DNA of 27,554 nt. It comes from Bacteroidia bacterium. GTDB lineage: Bacteria; Bacteroidota; Bacteroidia; Bacteroidales; CAJPTX01. Position numbers and translations under genes: made by a program. Each line of letters begins with the position of its first letter. Position 1 is the stretch's first letter. Positions 8,806 through 17,512 of this stretch are shown piece after piece. The stretch covers positions 1 to 27,554 of the forward strand of contig JABCOB020000045.1 in assembly GCA_013333835.2 (NCBI GenBank), written 5' to 3'. The notes beneath the pieces are model-generated. The model was not told where the DNA came from. It ran no database searches and saw only the letters and a program-made list of their open reading frames with translations.

Positions 8806-10287
8806 CTACTCTTCAGCTAGCAATTCTAAGGCCTTTGCCACTTCCTCTCTATCGTCAAAATGCGTTCGCTCCCCCTTCACCTCTTGGTAGGTCTCATGCC
8901 CCTTGCCCGCTACAAGTACGTAGTCGCCTGGGGCCGAGAGCAGTACCCCAGCGCGTATTGCCTCCCTCCGGTCTACGATTTTGAGTACCCTAGCCCGAAG
9001 TATCGGGGGTATACCACCATACATGTCCTCTATGATGGCACTCGGATCCTCACCCCTAGGATTGTCTGATGTTAGGATAACCCAACGGCTCATTTTAGCC
9101 GCCACCTCCGCCATCTGTGGGCGCTTTCCCTTGTCGCGATCTCCACCAGCGCCCACCACAGTTATCACGCTAGCCTTGCTTGGCAATATGCCCGCTATCG
9201 TTTGCAGCACATTTTTCAGCGCATCGGGCGTATGGGCGTAGTCTACTATCACCACCCGTTCTTGCCCTATCTGGAAGTCGAACCGTCCATTCACAGGACG
9301 CAGCATGCTCAGCACTCGGAGCACCGGCTCTGTTTCAAATCCGAGACGCCTAGCCACTGCGTACACTGCCAATATATTGTAGGCATTGAACTCTCCAAGG
9401 AGTTGCACCCAAACCTCCTCGCCCATCGGCTCGAATCGTAGCATCATTCCCCCCAGCTCCTGCGACATCACCTCTAGGTGGAAGTCAGACAGCCGACGAA
9501 GCGAATAGGTAAAAGTGCTAGCCCGGCAGTTCTGCAACATCACCTCGCCATTCCCATCATCTATATTCGTAATGGCAAAGGCCTCACGGGGTAGAGCATC
9601 GAAAAAGAGCTTCTTAGCATCCCTATACGCTGCGAAGGTCTTATGGTAATCTATGTGATCACGAGTTAGGTTCGTGAACACGCCACCCGCAAATTTCAAC
9701 CCTGCAGTGCGTTTCTGTGCCAGGGCATGCGAGCTCACCTCCATGAAAGCATACTGGCATCCTGCGGCTACCATACGAGCCAACAGCTCATTGATTTCCA
9801 GCGGATCGGGCGTGGTATGCGTAGCTGGCAGCACCTCTTCACCCACCCTATTCTCTACAGTGCTTAGCAAGCCCGCCTTGTGCCCCAATCCCATGCAAAG
9901 GCGATAGAGCAATGTGGCCACCGTAGTCTTGCCATTTGTTCCCGTAACCCCGACCAATTTTAGCAATTCGCTAGGCCTTCCATAGAGGTTGGAAGCCAGC
10001 ACTCCCAACGCCGCGGCAGAATCAGATACCTGGAGATAGCAAGCCCCCTTACAGCGAGCCTCAGGCATAAGTCGATCACCCACGATTAGGGTAGCTCCAG
10101 CATCTATCGCATTGGCTATGAAATCGTGCCCATCCGCCGAAACACCCTTGACTGCGACAAACAGCATGCCACGCCCCACCCGCCGAGAATCGAACACCAC
10201 TCCCGATACGCTTTCTGGCACCTGCCCCACACGGGCTAGAACCTCTACATCCCTCAGTAATGCCTGTACGCTGTAATCCATAGCCAT
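8806..10287 (-). CDS. murE: UDP-MurNAc-dipeptide--meso-diaminopimelate ligase
   Basis: GVTGTNGKTT, HTTPD, MEVSSH, DYAHTPDAL, GKGHETYQ; the DNPR motif indicates meso-DAP specificity. Confidence 0.98.
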   Translation of the reverse strand: MAMDYSVQALLRDVEVLARVGQVPESVSGVVFDSRRVGRGMLFVAVKGVSADGHDFIANAIDAGATLIVGDRLMPEARCKGACYLQVSDSAAALGVLASNLYGRPSELLKLVGVTGTNGKTTVATLLYRLCMGLGHKAGLLSTVENRVGEEVLPATHTTPDPLEINELLARMVAAGCQYAFMEVSSHALAQKRTAGLKFAGGVFTNLTRDHIDYHKTFAAYRDAKKLFFDALPREAFAITNIDDGNGEVMLQNCRASTFTYSLRRLSDFHLEVMSQELGGMMLRFEPMGEEVWVQLLGEFNAYNILAVYAVARRLGFETEPVLRVLSMLRPVNGRFDFQIGQERVVIVDYAHTPDALKNVLQTIAGILPSKASVITVVGAGGDRDKGKRPQMAEVAAKMSRWVILTSDNPRGEDPSAIIEDMYGGIPPILRARVLKIVDRREAIRAGVLLSAPGDYVLVAGKGHETYQEVKGERTHFDDREEVAKALELLAEE

Positions 10288-10332
10288 CTCACTAATCTCC
10301 CTCGGGTTTTGCGCCCCTTTTTCGCTCCTCGG

Positions 10333-12459
10333 TTAATCTTTCACCGTCATCTCTAGGGTTACTACGCTGCCACGTATAGGCGTAGTTCCAGCTGCCACGC
10401 TCTGCCGTTGCACCGCTCCCCGTCCTACCGCTTGCACTCGTAGCCCACAATTCTCCATTAGGTACACCGCATCCATTAGCGGCATTCCCACGACATCGGG
10501 TACCAGCCCCTGCGATTCGCCACGCACCGAGAGCCTTACCCTATCGGGCTGCTTGGTGGTGTTCACCCAGAGTTGCCCTCGTGCATCATCCTCTATCCGT
10601 ATGCCCAACTGCTTGAAACCTAGCACCAGATCACCCTTATCCCCAGCTTTCGATGCCGGGGGGTGTACAGGGCCATCGTCTGCACACGTGGGAAACCACT
10701 CACGCCGCGTAGTGTAGATCTTCCGTACTATTTCACGGAATATCGGGCCAGCCACCACATTGCCATAGTAGCCGCTTTGCCTTGGAGAACTCACCACCAC
10801 TATGCAGGAATAGCGGGGCGCGTCGGCAGGGAAATACCCTACGAAGGAGGCCTGGTACTGCACCTCATTACCTTGCCTATACCCCCTGTTGGCATGCGCT
10901 ATCTGGGCTGTACCCGTTTTCCCTGCTATGGAGTAGTCAGCATTCCGTAGGTTGCTGGCCGTGCCATTATTCACCACCCCCTCCAGCACTTGGCGCACTT
11001 TTGCCACCGTACTCCGAGAGCATATGCTAGCCTCTAGAACCTCTGGGGAAAACCGTCGAACAACCTTGCCGTGGTCTGCCAGGGCCTTCACCAAGTAGGG
11101 TTTCATCATTCGCCCTCCGTTGGCTACAGCATTGTAGAGGGTGAGCGTCTGGAGCGGTGTCTGCCGTACCTCATAGCCTATACTCAGCATCGGGAGCGAA
11201 AGCCCGCTCCACTGGCCACTCCCCGGGCTGTTCACATAGGGTTTTCCTTCACCCCGAATTTCAAAACCCAGCGGCTGGTTCAATCGCATGGCGTAGAGGC
11301 GATTCACAAAATCCTGCTCCCGCCCGCTGTAGTAACGTTTCACAAGGCTCGCCACCGCCACGTTAGAAGAGACCTCCCACGCATGCTGCACCGTTATTTT
11401 ACCCCAGCCGCCCGTCTTGGTATCGCTTATCACCCGGTCAAAGATCCGCATCTGCCCGTTGCCCGTATTCACAGAATCCTCGAGCCGTATCAGCCCGTCC
11501 TCCAATAGCGCAATAAGCGAGGCTAGCTTGAAGGTACTACCTGGTTCTGTGCTCTCTCCCACGGCGTAATTCACCTCATCTCTATACACCCCTGGCGCAT
11601 TCTGCTTAAGATTGGCCATTGCCCGTATTTGCCCAGTGGCCACCTCCATCACCACTACACAACCGTGGTGGGCATTATGCAGCACCAATTGCTGTCGCAA
11701 TGCGCGCGACACCACATCCTGCAGGTTCACATCCAGCGTTGTTACTACGTCGAGTCCCTCTCGGGGTGGCTGTTGATCCTCTCCCCACACGGGTATGGCC
11801 ATCTGCCCTGGGATTTTCTGCACTATCCTATAGCCAGGTTCGCCCTGTAGCTCATTGCTGTAGGCATCCTCGAGCCCCACGCTGCCGTGCGCATTTACGG
11901 TGCCTATAGTACGGCTAGCCAGATCGCCCAAGGGCTTGAATCTGCGAAATTTCCTCACCACTTGTAGTCCCCCCTTATTCCGCGATTCCCGGAAAACAGG
12001 GTACCGGCGTAGTTGCTCGAGCTCTGGGTAATCCACATCCCTATTGCCCAGCCTGGCATACCGTTCGCCCGCTACCCACTTCCTGCGCAACTCTGCACGG
12101 TAGGCCGCCTCGCTCTTATCGCCAAATACACGGCTCAGGCCAAGTGCCATAGAATCTACACTAGACTCGAATAGGCCATTGGAAAATCCTGAGGCCTTCA
12201 TATCCATATGCAGCTCAAAGAACGGTAGCGATGTCGCCAGCACTCGCCCATCCTCGGCCAGGATATCGCCCCGAGCTGGCATTAATTCTTCCGTTCTATA
12301 TATCCGGGCCTCCCCAGCAGCACGCAACGCATCGCCCTCCACCCACTGTAGCCAGAAAATACGGCATAGCACAGCCAACGCACTCCCCGCAAAGAGCACG
12401 AATGCCAGCCCGCACACCCGCTGTAGCCTTTGTTTCTGCCTATTCTTCGTTGGTTTCAT
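10333..12459 (-). CDS. ftsI: Class B penicillin-binding protein FtsI/PBP3 with C-terminal PASTA domain
   Basis: N-terminal TM, RGDI, active-site motifs STFK, SSN and KTG; C-terminal VPDVVGMPLMDAVYLMENCGL (PASTA). Confidence 0.95.
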   Translation of the reverse strand: MKPTKNRQKQRLQRVCGLAFVLFAGSALAVLCRIFWLQWVEGDALRAAGEARIYRTEELMPARGDILAEDGRVLATSLPFFELHMDMKASGFSNGLFESSVDSMALGLSRVFGDKSEAAYRAELRRKWVAGERYARLGNRDVDYPELEQLRRYPVFRESRNKGGLQVVRKFRRFKPLGDLASRTIGTVNAHGSVGLEDAYSNELQGEPGYRIVQKIPGQMAIPVWGEDQQPPREGLDVVTTLDVNLQDVVSRALRQQLVLHNAHHGCVVVMEVATGQIRAMANLKQNAPGVYRDEVNYAVGESTEPGSTFKLASLIALLEDGLIRLEDSVNTGNGQMRIFDRVISDTKTGGWGKITVQHAWEVSSNVAVASLVKRYYSGREQDFVNRLYAMRLNQPLGFEIRGEGKPYVNSPGSGQWSGLSLPMLSIGYEVRQTPLQTLTLYNAVANGGRMMKPYLVKALADHGKVVRRFSPEVLEASICSRSTVAKVRQVLEGVVNNGTASNLRNADYSIAGKTGTAQIAHANRGYRQGNEVQYQASFVGYFPADAPRYSCIVVVSSPRQSGYYGNVVAGPIFREIVRKIYTTRREWFPTCADDGPVHPPASKAGDKGDLVLGFKQLGIRIEDDARGQLWVNTTKQPDRVRLSVRGESQGLVPDVVGMPLMDAVYLMENCGLRVQAVGRGAVQRQSVAAGTTPIRGSVVTLEMTVKD

Positions 12460-12552
12460 GCCTACTCCAACCGCCTTTTTCTATCTCTGCATAAGCTCTG
12501 CTCAGCACCATCCTCGCCAGAAGCCCCCCCAACATTCCCATAGTGATACCCC

Positions 12553-12924
12553 CTACTCGTCAGCAAGCTCTAGTCGCACTGGCGGTTTGCTGGGCTCCTC
12601 CAACCCCAGATTCCGCTCCTGCACCAAACGGACTACCTCCGTCTCCTTGCTCAGCACCATCCGCTGGCTAGTGAGAGTGGTAACCTCATAGTGAAGATTC
12701 GTAACCTCGTTCTCTAGTTTTTTCTCTTCACGCCAAAGCTTTATCGAATAGTTCCGCATCCAGATATAGACCACTGCCACCACCGAGAGGAACACCATGA
12801 GTTTGATGTATGACACCACCGAGCGCACCTCTGCCTTGCCGGGCATACGCCTTTGGGGACGCATCCCTTCGGTCGGTTTTGCCTCCATCCGTACATCATC
12901 CCGTTCTTCTGTATTCAGCTCCAT
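12553..12924 (-). CDS. ftsL: FtsL-like cell division protein
   Basis: Small protein with one TM helix and a coiled coil ending GLEEPSKPP; between rsmH and ftsI. Start moved to ATG 12924 to avoid overlapping rsmH (start uncertain). Confidence 0.8.
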   Translation of the reverse strand: MELNTEERDDVRMEAKPTEGMRPQRRMPGKAEVRSVVSYIKLMVFLSVVAVVYIWMRNYSIKLWREEKKLENEVTNLHYEVTTLTSQRMVLSKETEVVRLVQERNLGLEEPSKPPVRLELADE

Positions 12925-12949
12925 GCTTCCTGAACTAGAAGGTAAATCA

Positions 12950-13861
12950 TCAGCGTCTTTCCGCAATGCGCATCTTGGCGCTCCTTGCCCGTGGATTCCT
13001 GTGAAGTTCATCCCCCTCGGGTGTATACGCCTTGCCCATCAGCCTGAAAGGTCCAGCCTCGCCACCCATCAGGTCGCGCATCCCTAGCACCTTGCTATCT
13101 CGTTGCGCATCGCCCCGTAAATACCGTTTCACCATCCTATCTTCCAGCGAATGGTAGGTTAACACTACCACTCTACCACCCGGACGTACCAAAGAGGGCA
13201 ACTGCTTAAGGAGCATCTCTAGCGAAGCAAGCTCCCCATTCACCTCTATGCGCAGGGCCTGGAATACCCGAGCCAAAGCCTTGTGGGGTTCACGAGTTCC
13301 TGGGTACACTTCCAGTACCACATCGCGCAGCTGGTAGGTAGTGGTTAGAGCTGTCCTTGCCCTTGCCTGTACTATCGCTTGGGCTACCTGTTCAGCGCGC
13401 TCCACCTCTCCCCACTGCCGGAACACCCCAGCCAGCTTAGCCTCGGGATAGCCCTGTACCACCTCGGCTGCCGTAACGCCCCCCCGCTGATTCATCCGCA
13501 TATCCAACGGCCCATCGTCCCGAAAGGTGAAACCTCGGCGTGGATCATCAAAGTGGTGCGACGAGACACCGAGGTCTGCCAGCACACCGTCTAGTTTCTG
13601 CACCCCGTAGTACTCCATCCATCGTCCGAGGTAGCGATAGTCGGCATGTATGGCTGTAACCCTCGCATCCACAGGGGCATTGGCTAGCGCATCGGCATCC
13701 CTGTCTAGGCAGTAGAGCTGTCCCTCTGGCCCTAGCGCCTCCAGTATAGCCCTAGCGTGCCCACCCCCACCAAGCGTAAGGTCGGCATAGCACCCGTTTG
13801 CTACTATATTCAGCGCCTCGATGCTCTCGGCAAGCAGCACCGGCACGTGGTATCCCTCCAT
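12950..13861 (-). CDS. rsmH: 16S rRNA m4C1402 methyltransferase
   Basis: HVPVL, DLTLGGGGH, DLGVSS, LDMRM, FQALRIEVN, YHSLEDR, NPRARSAK motifs. Confidence 0.98.
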   Translation of the reverse strand: MEGYHVPVLLAESIEALNIVANGCYADLTLGGGGHARAILEALGPEGQLYCLDRDADALANAPVDARVTAIHADYRYLGRWMEYYGVQKLDGVLADLGVSSHHFDDPRRGFTFRDDGPLDMRMNQRGGVTAAEVVQGYPEAKLAGVFRQWGEVERAEQVAQAIVQARARTALTTTYQLRDVVLEVYPGTREPHKALARVFQALRIEVNGELASLEMLLKQLPSLVRPGGRVVVLTYHSLEDRMVKRYLRGDAQRDSKVLGMRDLMGGEAGPFRLMGKAYTPEGDELHRNPRARSAKMRIAERR

Positions 13862-13866
13862 ATTGC

Positions 13867-14325
13867 CTAGCCCTCCATTCCTTTAGCATCACCCAGCATT
13901 TTTTCGGTGAGCGCAGCGTAGGTCTCTGGATCCATCTGTGCCCTATCGTACTCCGCTGCAGACCATATCTCTAGGCTATCCCCTCTTCCCAGAAATACCA
14001 CCTCACTCCCTCCCCCCAAAAACTCTAAGTTGCGCTTAGAAAGTAGCAGCCTATCGCTAGGATCCAGAACTTGCTCCTCAGTATTCTTGTAAAACTCCCT
14101 GATGAACGCATCACCATCCTTGCTATAGCGATTCACCTGCGCTTTCACCAGCTCCACCTGACGGTAAAACTCCTCTGAGGTGTAGATTACCAGATGCTTC
14201 CCAAACGCCCCACGCTTAAGTACATAGCTCCCACGCACCGCAGAATCATCTTGCCTACGGAGGGGGGCCGGAAAACACACCCGCCCCTTGCTGTCTAACT
14301 TCGCACGGTACTCACCTAGAAACAT
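13867..14325 (-). CDS. mraZ: Transcriptional repressor MraZ
   Basis: MFLGEYRAKLDSKGRV, second repeat LDPSDRLLL, and LEIW; first gene of the dcw cluster. Start reassigned to ATG 14325 because the longer ORF runs through the operator repeats. Confidence 0.93.
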   Translation of the reverse strand: MFLGEYRAKLDSKGRVCFPAPLRRQDDSAVRGSYVLKRGAFGKHLVIYTSEEFYRQVELVKAQVNRYSKDGDAFIREFYKNTEEQVLDPSDRLLLSKRNLEFLGGGSEVVFLGRGDSLEIWSAAEYDRAQMDPETYAALTEKMLGDAKGMEG

Positions 14326-14333
14326 GGTACACT

Positions 14334-14444
14334 CCCACTTCTCGAGACCAAAGAAAGTAAAAAAATCCCACTTTCTTACACTTTTCCCCACTCTTCCCCA
14401 AAAATTGCAGACGAAAATGGAGTTGTCCTCCCACCATTTACCAC
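14334..14444 (-). promoter_or_regulatory. MraZ-binding boxes (GTGG/GTG repeats with 10-bp phasing)
   Basis: Minus strand reads TGGggaagaGTGGggaaaaGTGTaagaaaGTGGg (14400-14367). A second phased pair has CCAC at 14431 and 14441, and a further GTGGG lies at 14334-14338. Matches the known MraZ operator layout upstream of mraZ. Confidence 0.8.
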
Positions 14445-14933
14445 CTAAAATCGCGCATCACCCACTGCTATTACACCATACGGCAACCTCTCCAATCGAC
14501 CGTCCCGCCTCAGAATGGAGGGGGTAACAGAATCCGTTATTGCCATTTCTGGATTCCCCCCACCAAAATATTCCTGCTCCCGGCAAAATCGCATAAAATA
14601 CCAATAGAATAATACAACTCCCTGCCTATTAACCTTTTAATATTAATAAACTAATCATAATCATCTTAGCCCATTAGGCTATCATTCAGCATTATGATGA
14701 CGTTCAACAAGCATCACCACCCTCTCGCTCCTTCTTGAGTGTATGCGAGGCAACCCAATTGCGCGAAAATGGTCCTCGCTCGGGCATTTTCTCTCCTAAA
14801 AACATTTTTATTTCCTTACAGTCAATACTATACAGCTATTGTAGAAAATTTTCATTCTTTGACTGGAGCAAAAAATCTTTCGAAAAACCAGCCATTTACA
14901 TAGTACCCCTATTCGGTAAAATCTTGCTCCTAT

Positions 14934-14963
14934 TTTGCATTTCGCAGAAATACACTACCTTTG
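14934..14963 (+). promoter_or_regulatory. Bacteroidota housekeeping promoter for rpsP
   Basis: TTTG (14934-14937), 18-nt spacer, TACCTTTG (14956-14963), matching the -33 TTTG / -7 TAnnTTTG consensus. Confidence 0.85.
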
Positions 14964-15016
14964 CGGCGCAGTACGAGTTTTGCTGCACAGTTATTCATAT
15001 AACACTCAGTACGTTT

Positions 15017-15559
15017 ATGGCAGTCAAGATCAGGCTTAGCCGACACGGGCGGAAGAATCACCCGTTTTACCACATAGTGGTAGCCGATAGCCGCGCTCCA
15101 CGAGATGGACGTTTCATCGAACGCATCGGGAGCTATAACCCCATGACAGATCCGGCAACTATCGACATCGATATCGACCGGTCGCTCTACTGGCTAGGTT
15201 GTGGAGCCCAGCCAACCCTTACGGTTCGCAATATACTATCGTACAAGGGCGTGCTGCTGAAAAAGCACCTGTTGGGCGGTGTGGCCAAAAACGCCTTCAC
15301 CCTAGAAGAGGCTGAACGGCGCTTTGCCGCATGGGTGCAAGACAAAGAGGCGAAAATCGAAGCCAAGAAGCAGGATATTAGCAACAAGCAGAAGAGTGCC
15401 GAAAAGAGCAGGCTAGAGGCTGAGAGCAAGGTGAGTGAAGCCCGCGCAGCCGCCATTCGTAAGAAGCGCGAAGAGGAGTCTGCTGCGCTTGCCGAAAAGG
15501 CAAAAGAGGCCGCTGCGGAAGCCGAGGCGGCCAGCACAGAGGAAACACCCCAGGCATAA
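15017..15559 (+). CDS. rpsP: 30S ribosomal protein S16 with Ala/Glu/Lys-rich C-terminal extension
   Basis: [33 protein letters not shown]. True start is ATG 15017, downstream of the promoter; the track's 94-codon extension is spurious. Confidence 0.98.
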   Translation: MAVKIRLSRHGRKNHPFYHIVVADSRAPRDGRFIERIGSYNPMTDPATIDIDIDRSLYWLGCGAQPTLTVRNILSYKGVLLKKHLLGGVAKNAFTLEEAERRFAAWVQDKEAKIEAKKQDISNKQKSAEKSRLEAESKVSEARAAAIRKKREEESAALAEKAKEAAAEAEAASTEETPQA

Positions 15560-15577
15560 GACGCTACGCAAAATGCT

Positions 15578-16195
15578 ATGCGGCCACAGACCCCAAGGGA
15601 GGAATCCTCTCCCACTGCGTTACGAACCAGGCCCATAGCCTATGTGCAGAGAATAGTTGGAACCCGCGGAGGGGTTATGCTCGCATGGCATAACCCCTCT
15701 CTTTGTACCCACCTCCCGTTGAAACCTGGAGAATTCCTCTTCCTCAGGATTGCAGGATTGCCAGTTCCCTTCCGACTCTCGCATGCCGATAGTCGCGCCT
15801 TCGGCTACACCTACGTTGAATTTGAGGGAGTTGATACTCCCAGCGAAGCCCGCACGCTGGTAGAATGCCTCGTAGAGGTAGAAGCAACTAGGTTGCAGGC
15901 AGCCTCCGATTCACTGGGTCAAGAAGAGGAGGAGGACGAAGAGGATGGGACGCTCGAGACCCTAATCGGGACCACAGTGTGCGATCCGCAGGGCACTGCA
16001 CTCGGCATCATTGCCCGGATAGATACCTACTCGCTGAATGTGGTCCTCACCATACAGAGCCCCCTTGGCGCAGAATTGCTCCTTCCCCTCAATGAAGACC
16101 TGGTAACCCATTGGCCGAACGAGGAGGATGAGCGCTTACTGCTTATCGTTCCCGAGGGGCTGCTTGGTGAAGAACGGGCAGAAAATCTAGACTAG
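15578..16195 (+). CDS. rimM: Ribosome maturation factor RimM, diverged
   Basis: Follows rpsP; GLPVPF, VEFEGVDTPSEARTLV, LIG..V.D..G..LG.I, ELLLP, VPEGLL pattern. Confidence 0.85.
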   Translation: MRPQTPREESSPTALRTRPIAYVQRIVGTRGGVMLAWHNPSLCTHLPLKPGEFLFLRIAGLPVPFRLSHADSRAFGYTYVEFEGVDTPSEARTLVECLVEVEATRLQAASDSLGQEEEEDEEDGTLETLIGTTVCDPQGTALGIIARIDTYSLNVVLTIQSPLGAELLLPLNEDLVTHWPNEEDERLLLIVPEGLLGEERAENLD

Positions 16196-16238
16196 TGAAT
16201 CCACCCATTTTTCAGCTCATTGTCCCAAACTCTCCACC

Positions 16239-16607
16239 ATGCCAGAAAAACGAAAAGCCCTCGGCTCTGCAGGCGAACGACTGGCTACTGACTACCTTAG
16301 TGCCCACGGATACTCTGTAGAAGCCACCAATTGGCATTACCGCCACCACGAGATCGACATCATCGCCTCCAAGGGTGGGATAACCCACGTGGTGGAGGTG
16401 AAAACCCGTAACCAAGCAGACCAAATAACCCTACCCGAGCTGGTGAAACGACACCAGGAACGCTCTATCATAGAGGCTGCCGATGCCTACGCCAAGTTGC
16501 ACCCCAGTCCGCTCGGCGTGCAGATCGACATCATGCTCATCCTCGTGCATCCCTACAAGCCTAGCCAAATAGAGTACTACCCAGATGCCATACGCCCCAA
16601 GTTCTAA
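16239..16607 (+). CDS. yraN: YraN (UPF0102) family putative nuclease
   Basis: LG..GE.LA..YL...GY, NWHYRHHEIDIIA, VEVKTR motifs. Confidence 0.92.
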   Translation: MPEKRKALGSAGERLATDYLSAHGYSVEATNWHYRHHEIDIIASKGGITHVVEVKTRNQADQITLPELVKRHQERSIIEAADAYAKLHPSPLGVQIDIMLILVHPYKPSQIEYYPDAIRPKF

Positions 16608-16760
16608 ATGACGCTCGCCGCCTCTTCGTAGCAACGTGGAGTGCCGCCCAGCGGTTAAGACTCCGTAGCGGCATGGCGTGCTGCAGTGCGGTCAAAAGCA
16701 CAACCAACCTAAATTAGCACCTACTCCTGCACCTTTGCAAGAGCCCAAACGTTCCTGAGT

Positions 16761-17213
16761 ATGGACACCTACTCCTCGCCACAAACCCGTATAGGATTGG
16801 CAGCAGACCACGCAGGCTACCCTCTTAAGCAAGCCCTGAAAGAATACCTACAGCGCACAGGGCTCACGGTAGTTGACTTTGGTACGAACTCCACCGATAG
16901 CGTAGACTACCCCGACTACGCGCATCCACTGGCACAAGCCATCCAATCCCACACCGTAGACTGCGGAGTAGCCGTATGCGGCAGCGGCAATGGGATCTCT
17001 ATAGCGCTCAACCACCAGCCCGGGATTCGGGCAGCCCTCTGCTGGATTCCAGAGCTGGCCAGGCTCGCCCGCGCCCATAACGATGCCAACGTACTCACCC
17101 TCCCGGGGCGCTTTATAGCCTCCAGCACTGCTGTAGAGTGCCTACAGGCCTTCATGGAAACCCCATTTGAGGGTGGACGCCATCAGAGAAGAATCGATAA
17201 AATAGAGGAGTAG
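16761..17213 (+). CDS. rpiB: Ribose-5-phosphate isomerase B
   Basis: DHAG, SVDYPDYA, CGSGNG, HNDANVL, FEGGRH.RRI motifs. Confidence 0.97.
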   Translation: MDTYSSPQTRIGLAADHAGYPLKQALKEYLQRTGLTVVDFGTNSTDSVDYPDYAHPLAQAIQSHTVDCGVAVCGSGNGISIALNHQPGIRAALCWIPELARLARAHNDANVLTLPGRFIASSTAVECLQAFMETPFEGGRHQRRIDKIEE

Positions 17214-17241
17214 TCTAAATCTTTCGCCAGAGAAAGAGAAG

Positions 17242-17273
17242 GAGGGAACGGTTACAACCGCTCCCTCTTTTTT
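17242..17273 (+). terminator. Intrinsic terminator after rpiB
   Basis: GAGGGA-A-CGGT-taca-ACCG-C-TCCCTC followed by TTTTTT. Confidence 0.85.
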
Positions 17274-17512
17274 ATCCCCCTTACGCTTACCGTTATTGAA
17301 GAACTCTGTAAAAGTCTTGCATGCGCACCATTTGTAGCGAAGCCTTTTCCTTCTTGTAACTAAACCTTTTTAATCAATCGCTTACAGTTTCAACGGATGT
17401 AGCGATGCAGCGAGTCGCATTGTGTATCTGTTTCTTGCTACAGCCGCATTTTTATCATGGAGACCAAGTGCACCTTGCCACGTTTTTTAGCCACGGGCTT
17501 AGCAGTACCGTA

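Noticed and set aside
12524..12553. G-runs in the ftsL-ftsI spacer (minus strand) as a G-quadruplex or phase-variable tract
   Set aside because: Only three separate runs on a generally G-rich strand, and no link to a promoter.
14590..14700. AT-rich tract as a replication origin
   Set aside because: No clustered DnaA boxes and no origin-associated genes nearby.
14735..15016. Apparent 94-aa N-terminal extension of S16
   Set aside because: It spans the consensus promoter; the canonical MAVKIRL start is at 15017.
15300..15559. Long Ala/Glu/Lys tail on S16
   Set aside because: Known feature of Bacteroidota S16.
15578..16607. Absence of trmD/rplS after rimM, and the acidic run in RimM
   Set aside because: This gene order is variable in Bacteroidota, and the RimM interdomain linker is normally acidic.
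16638..16675. GGAGTGCCGCCCAGCGGTTAAGACTCC hairpin resembling a tRNA D-arm
   Set aside because: No T-loop (TTCGA), anticodon arm or acceptor stem can be built.
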